Of a DNA stretch of 41,652 nt, positions 1-12,327 are shown piece after piece (within the stretch, counting starts at the first letter, position 1; every line of letters starts with the position of its first letter). This stretch comes from Geosiphon pyriformis uo1 (Eukaryota; Fungi; Glomeromycota). A program made the position numbers and the translations under genes. The stretch spans positions 1-41,652 of the forward strand of contig JAAOMT010000093.1 of the NCBI GenBank assembly GCA_016748015.1. Reading direction: 5' to 3'. The notes under the pieces are model-generated. The model did no database searches and was not told the origin of the DNA. It saw only the letters and a list, made by a program, of their open reading frames with translations.

Positions 1-1150
1 TTATTGAGCGTCCATTTTCAATTGGAAGAAAATGTGGGACGTAATCATTTTGACGAGTAACTCTTGTAACCTTTACCAAGTCATTCATCATTTTAGCAAA
101 CATTATATTTCCCGTTCTTGGTTGACCAAAAGTATAAATGGAAATATCAAGTGTTCCTTTGAATTTGATTCCGAGTGGTCGAAGTCCAATAAGATCCAAT
201 ATTGTAAATGATAAACCTGCTATTGCTGCATATGCTATTAATTTTTAAAAAGAAAAAAAAATCCAAATTACTGAAGAAAAAGTTTTTTCAAAAACCAAAC
301 AATGTAAATTACTCACCACCGCCTACACCATGTCCACAAAAAGTAATTTTTGTGAAATGGCTGTCTTCGATCAAATGATATATTCCTGATATTATTTCAT
401 CCATCATCATGATTACCTCAACAAACCATTCTTTATCAACTAGTACTAATGCGTTTGCCTTCATTCCTGGAACCCTAAATGGTTCCAACTCACTTTTTCT
501 ATTGAACCAGTCAGTTTTGCTTAAAATAGGTGCTCTAAAATGTACAACAATAGTTTCTATAGTTGTAGCTTCGAATACATTACCTGTTACAGGTGATTGA
601 ATATGGGGTAGTAAAAAAGTTATTTGAATTGAAATATATTTAAACTTCAAAATTGAAAAAATCTGAATTATTATAATATACCAAAAATGTCTTTCCCATT
701 TTTCACCAAGCTTCCAACAAAATTATACGATTTAAATGGCTCACAATAGGCCATATTTGCAAATGCAGCGTTCCATTTTAATAGTACAATCTCATTTCTT
801 TGACTGTCAAATAGTCGTTTTTTAGGGTACACTTCATTACCATTATCTGTTCTCTTAAAAAAGAAATAATCATTATCAATTTGTGATGTCTTTGATAAAA
901 ATGAGAATTGGGGTGATTTTAAAAGTTTCTTGATTGATTCTAAAATATTTTCAGATGGATAAAGTTTATTTTGTTTTGAATTTTGGAAATTCATCCAAAT
1001 ATCTTTGGATTTTAAACCATTCAAATGTGAAGAAATGGTAATTAAAATAAAGAATACGAATGTTAAAATTAATGAAAGGGAACGTAATAGGTTTGATTTT
1101 ACTGAAAACAATTGAGATTTTTTAGTAGAATTTCTTTGTATTTTATACAT
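1..1150 (-). CDS. Lipase class 3-like protein A, predicted secreted or membrane-anchored, lacking the catalytic Ser; 3' end runs off the window
   Basis: Exons 1150-682, 583-317, 234-<1 joined by GT-AG introns with the frame preserved. Spliced protein reads TFCGHGVGG|AYAAIAG..IYTFGQPRTGN..RVTRQNDYVPHFLP. N-terminal hydrophobic stretch LSLILTFVFFILITI and a KR dibasic site. Confidence 0.88.
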
Positions 1151-1226
1151 TGTCTCGCTATCTTGATTTTTGAAGAGTTTCCCAAATAATTGTGCTCAAT
1201 TCAATAAAAGATGAAAACTGGATTTT

Positions 1227-1433
1227 TAGCTCGATATTTAGCAAGGATTATAGATCACCAGCACCGGAATTATCCTCACAGGTAAAAGGATATTATAAAG
1301 TATTTGTTGTGTGAATATTTAAACTAACATTTCTGAATGATAGGAAAATTTTTTTTAAAATATTCGATTTTATATCCTTAAACAAAATACTAAGTATAAT
1401 AATAATAACAATAATAACAACAACTACAACAAC

Positions 1434-1472
<39 letters not shown>
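1227..1472 (+). repeat. Left arm of a diverged ~200-250 bp inverted repeat including an (AAT)n tract
   Basis: tagctcgatattta..ggaattatcctc.caggtaaaaggatattataaa..atatttaaactaacattt..aaacaaaatactaagtataataat matches the reverse complement of 3855-4058 with scattered mismatches and indels. Confidence 0.85.
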
Positions 1473-1893
1473 TCATTAAATAACCTGTTATTAAATACTA
1501 ACCAAGACATAGAATTATGCTAATTGTATTATCTTTTAACTTTCCCATTTTCTTTAAAAAGATCAGCAGCTGATTACATTAATTAAATTATTTACATATG
1601 TAATTTAGTTAGATTTATATTGCTCGTAGTTACTTTCCTCTTTATTATCTATTAATGTGCTATCTAACTTGTTACAACATAGTAATATAACAATCTGTTG
1701 TAATCATGAATCAAAATACTTGAATAATTTAAAAAAATTAGTTTAGTGTTGATGTTGTTTGACCATTATTTTCTATATAAAATACTTATTTAAAAATGAA
1801 CAATATACTGTATATACTGAATAAAAACACTTGTAATTTATAATACATCTTACACAAAATGTAAAAAATGCAATTTTATGCTGTGTGAGAAAA

Positions 1894-2643
1894 NNNNNNN
1901 NNNNNNNNNNNNNNNNNNNNNNNNNNNNNNNNNNNNNNNNNNNNNNNNNNNNNNNNNNNNNNNNNNNNNNNNNNNNNNNNNNNNNNNNNNNNNNNNNNNN
2001 NNNNNNNNNNNNNNNNNNNNNNNNNNNNNNNNNNNNNNNNNNNNNNNNNNNNNNNNNNNNNNNNNNNNNNNNNNNNNNNNNNNNNNNNNNNNNNNNNNNN
2101 NNNNNNNNNNNNNNNNNNNNNNNNNNNNNNNNNNNNNNNNNNNNNNNNNNNNNNNNNNNNNNNNNNNNNNNNNNNNNNNNNNNNNNNNNNNNNNNNNNNN
2201 NNNNNNNNNNNNNNNNNNNNNNNNNNNNNNNNNNNNNNNNNNNNNNNNNNNNNNNNNNNNNNNNNNNNNNNNNNNNNNNNNNNNNNNNNNNNNNNNNNNN
2301 NNNNNNNNNNNNNNNNNNNNNNNNNNNNNNNNNNNNNNNNNNNNNNNNNNNNNNNNNNNNNNNNNNNNNNNNNNNNNNNNNNNNNNNNNNNNNNNNNNNN
2401 NNNNNNNNNNNNNNNNNNNNNNNNNNNNNNNNNNNNNNNNNNNNNNNNNNNNNNNNNNNNNNNNNNNNNNNNNNNNNNNNNNNNNNNNNNNNNNNNNNNN
2501 NNNNNNNNNNNNNNNNNNNNNNNNNNNNNNNNNNNNNNNNNNNNNNNNNNNNNNNNNNNNNNNNNNNNNNNNNNNNNNNNNNNNNNNNNNNNNNNNNNNN
2601 NNNNNNNNNNNNNNNNNNNNNNNNNNNNNNNNNNNNNNNNNNN
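1894..2643. other. Assembly gap (N run)
   Basis: Continuous Ns; ORFs spanning it are artefacts. Confidence 0.99.
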
Positions 2644-3853
2644 TAATCGAGTTAGTAAAATCATGCAGCAGCAATGTGAGCTAGTTATTTATATTTACAC
2701 GTTAATTAAATTTACAAATATCAAAATATTAATTCTTAAACTTATACGTATTAACTTTAGTTTTTATGATATTGTTTATAAATTTTTGATTAAAATTTAA
2801 AATTTAAAAAAATGCTCATCTTAATTATTTTATAATTTTATTAAACACATCACAAAATTGATATAATTATTAATTCCAAGTTTTAAATAATATGAGAAAT
2901 TTTCACAACCTGCTTGTTATTTAATTTATTTTTGTTATCATTTTGAATATTTTTTTTAGCTTGTTTGAATATACAGCTTTAAATTTTTTAAAATAACAAA
3001 TAAAAATTGATTAAAATAAAAGAATATTTGAAAATAATAATAATTAATTAAACACAAATAAATAAATAAATTTTGTTTTTGCAATTATCAATTTAATTAT
3101 TCATCAATGATCTTCAATAAAAAAAATTATTTATCATGTAAACTTGAATATTTTTAAATACCTTAGTTCTAATTAAACAATTTGGTCTTAAATGCTCGCT
3201 ACTACTTTAGTATCTGTGCCAAGATTGCATTTCTGTCAATTTCATTTGAATAATTTAGGTGAGAATACAGATTTCCAATGAAATATTAGTCGGAATTGAT
3301 TCAAAAATTATTATTATACTTATAATTTATAAACATTATCATTATAACTCTTTTATATATTAACCGGACAATCACAATTTCTCGGAAGAATTCAGTAATT
3401 TATTCAATTGCTGAAAGATAAGATGCAAAATTTTTAATGTAGATGAACCTACAGATTATTATCTATTCTCTCTGAGACTCAAGTTTTTGCAAATTGGAAG
3501 CTTCCCACTCTGGTCATCCAAATATAAATGTCAAAACCATCTCCTAGGAATACCGTATCAAACATATATAAGTCTAACACTGAGGGTACTTGTATAAGTG
3601 GCACTTGTATGCATCGAATAGTTGGCAATAATGGGCGCCAAATGGCCTTTTTTGTTTCAATAGAGCTAGTAGACAAAGCATAATCGCCCATTAGTGATAA
3701 TGTACCTTTACCTTCTTTACACATTTTATATATTTCATTTTCTCACTTGATACAATCACGGGGTTTACAGGTTTTTACCCTATTGCAGGTTTTACTAATC
3801 CATGGCTGATCATCGCAGGTTTTACTATTTGTTATCTCAGATTTCACCCTGTC

Positions 3854-3854
<1 letters not shown>

Positions 3855-3915
<61 letters not shown>

Positions 3916-4058
3916 CTTAGTATTTTGTTTAATGATAAAAAATCGGAAGTTTTAAAAATGTTAGTTTAAATATCCACAATAAATCATTTATAATATCCTT
4001 TTACCTGCGAGGATAATTCCGATGTTAGTGATTTCTAATCCTTTTAAATATCGAGCTA
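3855..4058 (-). repeat. Right arm of the diverged inverted repeat including an (ATT)n tract
   Basis: Reverse complement aligns to 1227-1472. Confidence 0.85.
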
Positions 4059-4459
4059 CTTTTTATAAACTATTTTTTTTCTAATGAAATCTTAAAAAAA
4101 AAATGTTCTGATAATCAAAATAAAATTCATTGCTTGTTGTAATCAATTAGATAAATTTAGTATTATTATTGCTTTGATCCTTTTGTAAAACTTTAAACTA
4201 TCTAACTCTCTAACCTTTCCAAAAAAAATTATTTGTTGAATGGAAAATCTTTCCAAACTTTAAAGGCCAAAAAAGGGTGCTTGTGAAGATTAACTATTTT
4301 CATTTTCCTTTGGGTTTATATTAAATCCGAGATTCCGAAAAGTTTCCAAAAAAAACTAGATTTTCATTCAAACTATTATAGTTATGTGCTTGGGAAAATC
4401 AAAAATATATAAATTAAATTCATCTCCCACCAATTTCGTTTAGATTTTTATTGAAATAA

Positions 4460-6431
4460 ATGTTACAAGAATTTTTATTAGCAGGCTTCCTTGCAATCAT
4501 TATTTTAGCAATCATTTACCCTAATAGGGCTGTAGGAACTCGTTACCGACCAAATTTAAGAGGACCTAAAGGATGGCCAATAATTGGAAATTTATCATTA
4601 GTGCTTGAATATGGTCGCAGCCTACACGATAGTTATTATGAAAAACACCGCATATACGGGAAAAATTTGTAATTCTCCTAAATAACTTTTAAATGTTTTT
4701 TCTTCTTAGATTATAAATCATTTCATTGATTTTGAGAAATAATACTATTTTTAATAGCACATTTACTATTCCAGGAGTAGGCCGCTGTATATCTTGTAAC
4801 TATCCAGAAGGAGTCGAAAATGTCCTAAAGACAAATTCAACTAATTTTATCAAAGGCCCCGTAGTCCAAAAACTTTTATGGGATTTTATTGGTGACGGAA
4901 TCTTTAATAGCAATGGGTAAATTTCTATCAAAAAATATTAACAGTTCATAAATTTTTTTAAAATATAAATATGTTAAAATATAAATATTCTATTATTAGT
5001 ACATGCTAAATAGACCTCACTGGAAATTTCAAAGGAGAATTATAAGCAACTTGTTTCAAGGAAAAAATTTTCGTGATAATATTCAGGTGGTCTTTCAAGA
5101 TGAAACAAAAAATATTATTGAATTACTAAGGAAAGTTTCAGAAACTGGAGATAAAATTGATTTTATAAATTCACATTTGACTCTTTTGTCAAGTAAGTAA
5201 TTTTTATTTACTTATCCGTATATCAAACCTCTATTAGATGAACTTTTTCTTATTCAATCTATTTTAAATTTATTTAGGATTTGTTTCAGTGCTGATTTGA
5301 CACAAGTAAAAATTACCAATCTGCATCAGCGTTTTCTAACGCTTTTAATTACGCCTCACTTGTCTTAGGAGAATGAGAAATGCTTGTAAAACTGTGAGAG
5401 ATTTTGCTAATGACATAATCCAATCACGTCGCCTTGAAATTTCAAAAAATGAAAAAATTCCTAATGATTTACTGAGTCTATGTTTGAATGCTGTGGATGA
5501 AGACGAACGACAATTAAATGATAATGAACTAATAGATATGATTTTAAATTTAATACTGGCTGGTAAGTGAAATGTTGTTCATCTTCCCTTGAGGAAATTT
5601 TTTCCTAATGTTTTAAACGATCAATAATTTAATGTTTAGGCAGAGATTCAACCGCTCAAGTAAAGTAAGTTTATTGAGTGAGTCAGAATTTTTTTCTAAA
5701 GAGTAAAGCCAAACATATCTTAATCTTATACAGATAAGTACCTGGATGATATATGAAATAATCAAAAATCCAAGAGTCGAAGTAGCATCCTTTAAGAAAT
5801 AAACTCCCTTCTCAAAGAGAGTAACCAGGTACCTACTTACGATAGCCTCCACGAGTTTGTCAACATAACTGGCACATTTTATGAATCGCTTCGATTGCAT
5901 CCTAGCGTTCCAGCAAACGTCAAGGTATTTAAAATAAATTAATGTTTTTCACATGGCTTTTTTGCAATTTTTTCTTATAAGTGGAGATCCTAGACTTGTT
6001 TAAAAGATGATGTTTTACCGGGAGGAGTTCCAATATACGCCGGCGAGATGGTTGGATGGTCCTTATATACAATGGGTAGAGCCAAGGAAACATGGGGCGA
6101 AGATGCTCACGAGTTCAAACCTGAACGATTTTTTAAAGGAAAAGAAATATACAAACCAAATCCATATAAGTATCCAATGTTCAACGCTGGACCCCGAATC
6201 TGGTAGGTACATTTAAGAAAATCGAATCATTTGTAGAAATTATCAACAGTTTATTGCAAAAATTTATGTTTCTTGGCCTCGGTCAACAATTTGCCATTCT
6301 GGAAACAATAATTTTTGTTACATCTATTTTGAGAGAGTTTAAATTTGAAATTCTTCAGACCAAGAATCCTATCACTGCCTATGAAGTATCCATTTTGGGT
6401 GAGAGTTCAAAAGCGTAAAGATCTCAAATAA
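4460..6431 (+). pseudogene. Cytochrome P450 pseudogene (resembles CYP86/CYP704/CYP52-type fatty-acid hydroxylases)
   Basis: N-terminal anchor plus GPKGWPIIGN, I-helix LILAG|RDSTAQ, ExxR (ESLR), PERF and heme motif FNAGPRIC|LG across multiple exons. Frameshifts near 5160, 5780 and 6370, a stop near 5790, and the last splice acceptor reads GG instead of AG (~6275). Confidence 0.88.
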
Positions 6432-9196
6432 AGTAGCGATTCTAAGAGTTTCTAGTACTAATAAACAGTAAAACTTTAGGAAATGATTGATAAATATTCT
6501 TTAATGTTAAGTTATTAGATTTATTTAAATAATATTGCCAAGTAAATGGGCAATTATCATAAGTTACTGACTGATATAAATAAATTTTGAGTCTAAAAGT
6601 CAGCAACTTGCAGTAAATTTTGCGGCAAATCCTAAAAATATAATATTATAATTAATCTGAATTTTCTTACTTTTAATGCCAAAAGCTTTGTTTTTGTTCA
6701 TTTTTTTCAATTGTTTCAAAATTGGCACAATATCATTTAAATTAATAGCTTAATTCGATATAATAATTTATAGTTACGATAAAATCAAAAAGAAATATTA
6801 ATTATTCATGATGATATCATAATTAAAATATTTTGAGCCAAATTTGCAATACTCTTTAAAATATAATTTTGAATTTTTAATTAAGTAAAGTATTTATTAC
6901 ACACATAGTATATTATTATATATAATTTATTTTAATAAAATAATTGTTATATATAATATGGATAATATTCAAAATTAATAAAATAATACCAAAAACAATA
7001 TTTGATTATGTTTAATTTTTTAATTACAAAGATTAAAATACATAACAAAAATAACTTAAAAAGTTGTATACGAATATTGAAACTTTACTTGCAAAACAAA
7101 ATAAATATTAAAGAATAATTTAATTCTTACTAAAAGAAATCAGAAAAAAATATTTACTGAATAAAAATATAGAAAGAAATAATGGAAAATTTAGTGACAA
7201 AGAGATATTGTAGTATAAATTGTTTAACTAATATTTCATACAACAAAAGTTTCAAAAAGATTATATTAATATTGAAACACTTTGTCAAATATTATAGTAA
7301 TAGATAATTTAAAAATAAAATAGAATAGTTTGTTTTTTTATTATTAATTAAACATTTAACAATTCATGTTAACAAATAACAAAATTCATTTGAAAGCTAT
7401 TATTGAAAGAAAGCAAACATCGATAAAATATTTATAATAATTTTACAGGTCAAAAAATTATATATCAAAAATAAAATGATTCTTACTATTTAAAATTTTA
7501 AGAATTACCAAAAAGATAAATAAATTATTTTATAGTTGTGTAAATATAATAAAAATTATAAAATTTTGATTAAGAAAAAAATTTGAATTTATTGTCAAAA
7601 GTTCAAAAAGTCATAATGTGTCTAAATTTATTTTATTAATCTAATTACTAGTTGATTTAAAAAAATAAATAAATTTTATGTTGTATTTTGTTATTATTAT
7701 TATATAATTCAGATCTCACTTTTATTGGAAATATTTTATAAAAAAGAATTTTTGTTTTAGGATATTTCTATTAGGTTATTAAAAAAATGTTATTTTTTAA
7801 TATTCTAACATTTTTGTTTGTATTTAAGCTAAGATAAATCCAGATAAAAATTAAAGTATATATTAGTTTTATATATATTATAAAATTTGTATTAAAATAT
7901 TTTGAATAAAAAAACTTTATGCCTATATTACCCAGAGTATATTCAAAACTTACTAGTCAAAAAATTGTATAGTTTTCGTAGGTAATACACATGCATGGAG
8001 ATACTAAATATAGATATAATTTAATAGTATTAATACTATTGGAATTTATTTTCAACAACAAAGCAAAATAAATGATTCATCTGGCTAATAATTATGAAAA
8101 AGATTATAATATAAAAGATGATGATTGTAATATTGATGAAACTGATATTAATTGGGAAGACTAAATATTTAAAAATAATTATAAAATATATAATAAATAT
8201 ATAAAATACCAAGGTCATATTTAAAATAATATAGATTATAATTTAAAAATTACCCGGACACTTTACAATTTTTAAAAATTAATATCTTATAGTGTACCGG
8301 TCTTAATTATGGATATTTTAGAGAGATACTATAGGCAGTATTCTACGATAATATTATTTTTAGCCAGAACTATATAACTAAAACCTTTTAAATAGAATTT
8401 GAAATCCACAATTTTGATTTAGTATCATAAAATAAGTTGCCGTTTTAGAATTAATATGATTATGTAATATGATTAAACAAATGTAATGATTGCTAAATAA
8501 AAATAATTATTTTAATAAAAATTTATTGTTTAAAATAATTTAATATTAAGATTTTAATAAAAAAGTTTTTTTCATAAATAAAAACTTAATTGAATATAAA
8601 ACCATTATTATTTTAAAAAAATATGCAACTTATTTAAAATTATCAATATTAATTAAAAAAACGGCAAAATATTTAAAGTAAAATTCATTAAATGATTAAT
8701 TTTAGTTTTAATAAAATAATAAAAAACCACAAACTTCTAATATTTTTACCAATCTTTTCAAAACAAACGAAATTTAGTGCTAGAATGATTTGCTCAAACT
8801 TAAGCCTAAATACAATTGACGCAAATCAAATTACATTAATGTTTAGATTAAAGTGAAAAAAGCTTAGCAAAAATATTTTCGTCTGATTTATTATGATATA
8901 CATAAGTTATGTAGATATTTAGTTTGGCAATATATCCTAAATCAAACAAAATCCATTTTAAATTTAGAGAAATAATATCAACTGACAAAATCAAATTTCT
9001 TGTTAATTAATAATGAAAATAACGTGAAATTTTAATAAATTTTGGTTTTCTATTGTTATATTGTGAAGTTTTTATATGATGAATTCAAGTTTTAAAAATT
9101 TATTTTTATATTTCAATTATATATTTAATTTTGCATTGTTTATTTGTGATGATAGAGATTTTAAAAAAGAAAATTTATTATTCAAGTTAAAAAATA

Positions 9197-9248
9197 ACAG
9201 GTCACCTGTCGATCACATATTACTTGTAGTATAAAATCAGCGCTGATT
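9197..9248 (+). promoter_or_regulatory. Candidate promoter elements of BTB-TLDc copy 1: palindromes ACAGGT-C-ACCTGT and AATCAGCGCTGATT next to TATAAAA
   Basis: Two dyads 78-130 bp upstream of the ATG. Same in copy 2 (13906-13955); CAGGTCACATGT persists in the diverged copy-3 upstream region (40683-40694). Confidence 0.5.
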
Positions 9249-9325
9249 GGATTTTATGAAATCCTTTTCCCCTAAAGACTGCAGATTGAAATATCAATAT
9301 TTAAAGCTTTTTATATCTTTTACTA

Positions 9326-10510
9326 ATGGCACCTCAGCAATTCTTTCACGCTTTATCCAATGATTTCGGGAGTCTATTTAACAGTCAGAAGTTCTCTGAT
9401 GTTAAAATTATAGTTGGCGAAGCGCCCAATATCAGAACTTTTCAATCTCATTCACAAATTTTAGCAGCAAGATCACCATATTTTGCTACAGCACTCTCTA
9501 GTAATTGGGTTAAAAGGGAAAATAATACTATTATCTTCAATAAACCCAATATTTCACCTAATATTTTTGAAATAATTCTCAGGTAAGAGTTTTATTTGCT
9601 TTAAAGAATTTTAGCTAACATTAAATCATATGTTTCATTTTCCTGGTACAGATATATTTATAACGGCGAAATTTCTCTTGATAAGCATGCAGTACCTACC
9701 ATTTTAGAATTGCTTGTCACCGCTGACGAGCTTATTCTAGAAAAAATTATTGATCCCCTTGAAGATTATTTGATTGAACACCATGCAAAAGAGCTAGAAG
9801 AAAATTTTGCCACTTTGCAAAAAACTTCATTTATGCATGATTCTTTCAAAAAGTTACAAAATTTTTGCACCGAAATAATTGTTAATAATTCAGCTATAGT
9901 CTTCAACTCCCAAGATTTCAACTCCCTTAGTGAAAATGCTCTTTCCTCAATTTTAACTNNNNNNNNNNNNNNNNNNNNNNNNNNNNNNNNNNNNNNNNNN
10001 NNNNNNNNNNNNNNNNNNNNNNNNNNNNNNNNNNNNNNNNNNNNNNNNNNNNNNNNNNNNNNNNNNNNNNNNNTACTTCGAGGCAGTCGAGACGGATTCA
10101 CTCCAGCCGATTTTCATCGATTATGTGATGATAAAGGAGCAACAGTAAGCGTAATCAAAGTGAAAGGAACTGGTCAGCTAATTGGCGGCTATAACCCACA
10201 ATCATGGCATTCTAAAAACGCTTGGTTGCAGGGAGAAGGAAGTTTTATTTTTTCCCTTGGAGATGGCAATGCTGGAAATGCTAAACTTAGCAAATTTGTT
10301 GGCGCATATGGACCTTATGATGGACAACACTATGGACCCAATTTTGGAAATGGCCTTATTTGGTTGGTTGGAAATGACTATAAAAGTAGTCCAGGGTGCT
10401 ATTGTATAAAGACAACAGATTATGAGCATGCTATAATGCCTGGTTCAGAAAATCAACAGGTGAATTTCTTTGTCGAGGAATATGAAGTTTTTCAAATTAT
10501 AAAAAGATAA
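9326..10510 (+). CDS. BTB/POZ-BACK-TLDc protein, copy 1 (interrupted by an assembly gap)
   Basis: Exon 1 9326-9582, intron 9583-9651 (GT..GCTAAC..AG), exon 2 9652-10510. BTB motifs SDVKIIVG and HSQILAARSPYF; TLDc motifs LRGSRDGF..FHRLCD, LIGGYNP, SFIFSL, GPNFG, VEEYEVFQI. Confidence 0.92.
9959..10073. other. Assembly gap inside BTB copy 1
   Basis: 115 Ns; the equivalent span in copy 2 is about 436 bp. Confidence 0.97.
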
Positions 10511-12327
10511 ATTCGTTTTTATTTAACTTGATTATACATTTCTGAAGGTTGTGCGACCTATATTTGAAATTTTCACTAGCAGAGTATTCTATAGCCTTTT
10601 ATTTTAAGCTCCACAATAAAGTTAACATAATAACACTCTATTTAAATCAAAACTATTTAGAAATTATAAGTTTTATTAATAATAAATGATCTTTGAAGTT
10701 TAGGTTTTTATCACAGGCTAAAACCATAAAATGTTCTTTGGCAGAATAACATTAGAAATATAATTTCCAAATTCATATTTGTGTTTTCTCGCTCATTAAA
10801 TTATAAATTTCTGGTTTTTACTATGCACTTATGTATAAAAATACTTTGAAAAAAAGTAAAATTTTGAAATAAAATATAAACTCAGCTTCGAGAGATAGTA
10901 ACTCTTTAATGAACCAAATTCTTATTAACAATATTTTTTGATATGTAATTATTTTCTTCTTATATATTTCAACATTGCAAAACTTTCTTTTTTAATTAAT
11001 TAAAGAAAGGTTTAATAATTACAGATTATGATTTATTATCAATATTAATTTTTACTATCTAACTAAATATTTCATAAACTTAATGGTTATTATCACAAAA
11101 CATTTGCTCTTTTTACCTATTATTTATTAATTGAATTTTTGGGCAGTAATTTTGTTTAAAATTGGAACTCGTTATTAATGTAACACCAAATCTCAATCTT
11201 TATCTAAGGTAGTTCAATTGTCAATGATTTAAGTGTCAAATTATATTTATGAATTTTTATTATTCACATAAAAATAATTTAAAAATAAAAATTCTTAAAA
11301 TGAATAGGTAATAATTATATGTTTAAACATCAATAATCCTATGATTCCTTTCACAAATTTTTATCTGGTTTAGCTAATATCATTTAGATAAATGGAAATG
11401 TTTTATAAAATTGCGAATCACTTTTATTCCTTAAAAAAACAACAAAAATGATTAGAATAAAACTTTGACAGAAATATATTATTTTTTATAATAACCAATC
11501 GAATTTAAAAAGGTATCCTAACGACATACCATTACTCATAAAAAAACCAAATTTGGAAAAAAAAGGATTCCCAACTATCCCAATAGCCTGAACAAAAACG
11601 ACTTGGCCATTCAGTTCAAATATATATAACAATAACAAACTATATAATTGATACCACCAAAACATTAACCAGAATAGATTAAAGAATTATTTTTGAAATA
11701 CCTTCAGAAGCAAAAATTTAAACTGCTTTTAAATTTTTACTAGCCAGTAAAAATTAGCTGTTAGATAAAAATTATAAATGCTGAATACAATGAAAACACC
11801 AAAATAATGATTTAAAATAAACTAATAAGGTATTTACAATTGTACCAAACAAAAAATTGTTCGAGCTATTGATTTATTTTACTCTAAATTTGGGTCCATA
11901 ACTGGTTCGAGAACATAAATAGTTATGAGTGAATGTAAAACCCCAGAATTTGGCTCTATTGGCTGTTTTAATCTAGTAAATACGGTTTTCAATATTCAAA
12001 TAAAAAATATCAGCTTTTGAAACTACTCTAAAGAATTACAATTTAATTTTTAAATTTACCATAAAAGCATAAATTTGTTCTAAATCCACCACTACATAAT
12101 AAATCTTTGAATCAATAAACAAATTTAGAAACATTAATTACAAATTTGAAATAGTTTTATTTTTCAATTTTAAAAAATTTAAAATGTTTAAAATAAATCA
12201 AATGATATTCTTTTAACTTTATTGTAAAGCTCAAATAAATGGCTATAGAATATTCTGGCAGTAAGAAATTTATAAATTGGGTGGTAAGACTTCAGAAAAT
12301 GTATAATCAAGTTAAATAAAAACGAAT

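Noticed and set aside
1850-2684. Four long ORFs in the track
   Set aside because: Made of N-gap codons.
3479-3724. 81-aa minus-strand ORF between the inverted arms (possible transposase remnant)
   Set aside because: No DDE, HTH or other recognisable motif.
8126-8267. TGTAA...TTACA-bounded segment resembling a tiny solo LTR
   Set aside because: Flanks ATGAT and ATTTT do not form a target duplication, and there is no second copy in the window.
10355-10414. DGR-like adenine mutagenesis (9 of 10 differences involve an A in one copy)
   Set aside because: No reverse transcriptase or template repeat in the window, not AAC-rich, high background A content, and DGRs are not established in eukaryotic nuclei.
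11300-12060. Possible decayed retroelement in the spacer between the inverted copies
   Set aside because: Stop-riddled with no diagnostic motif; needs a repeat-library search.
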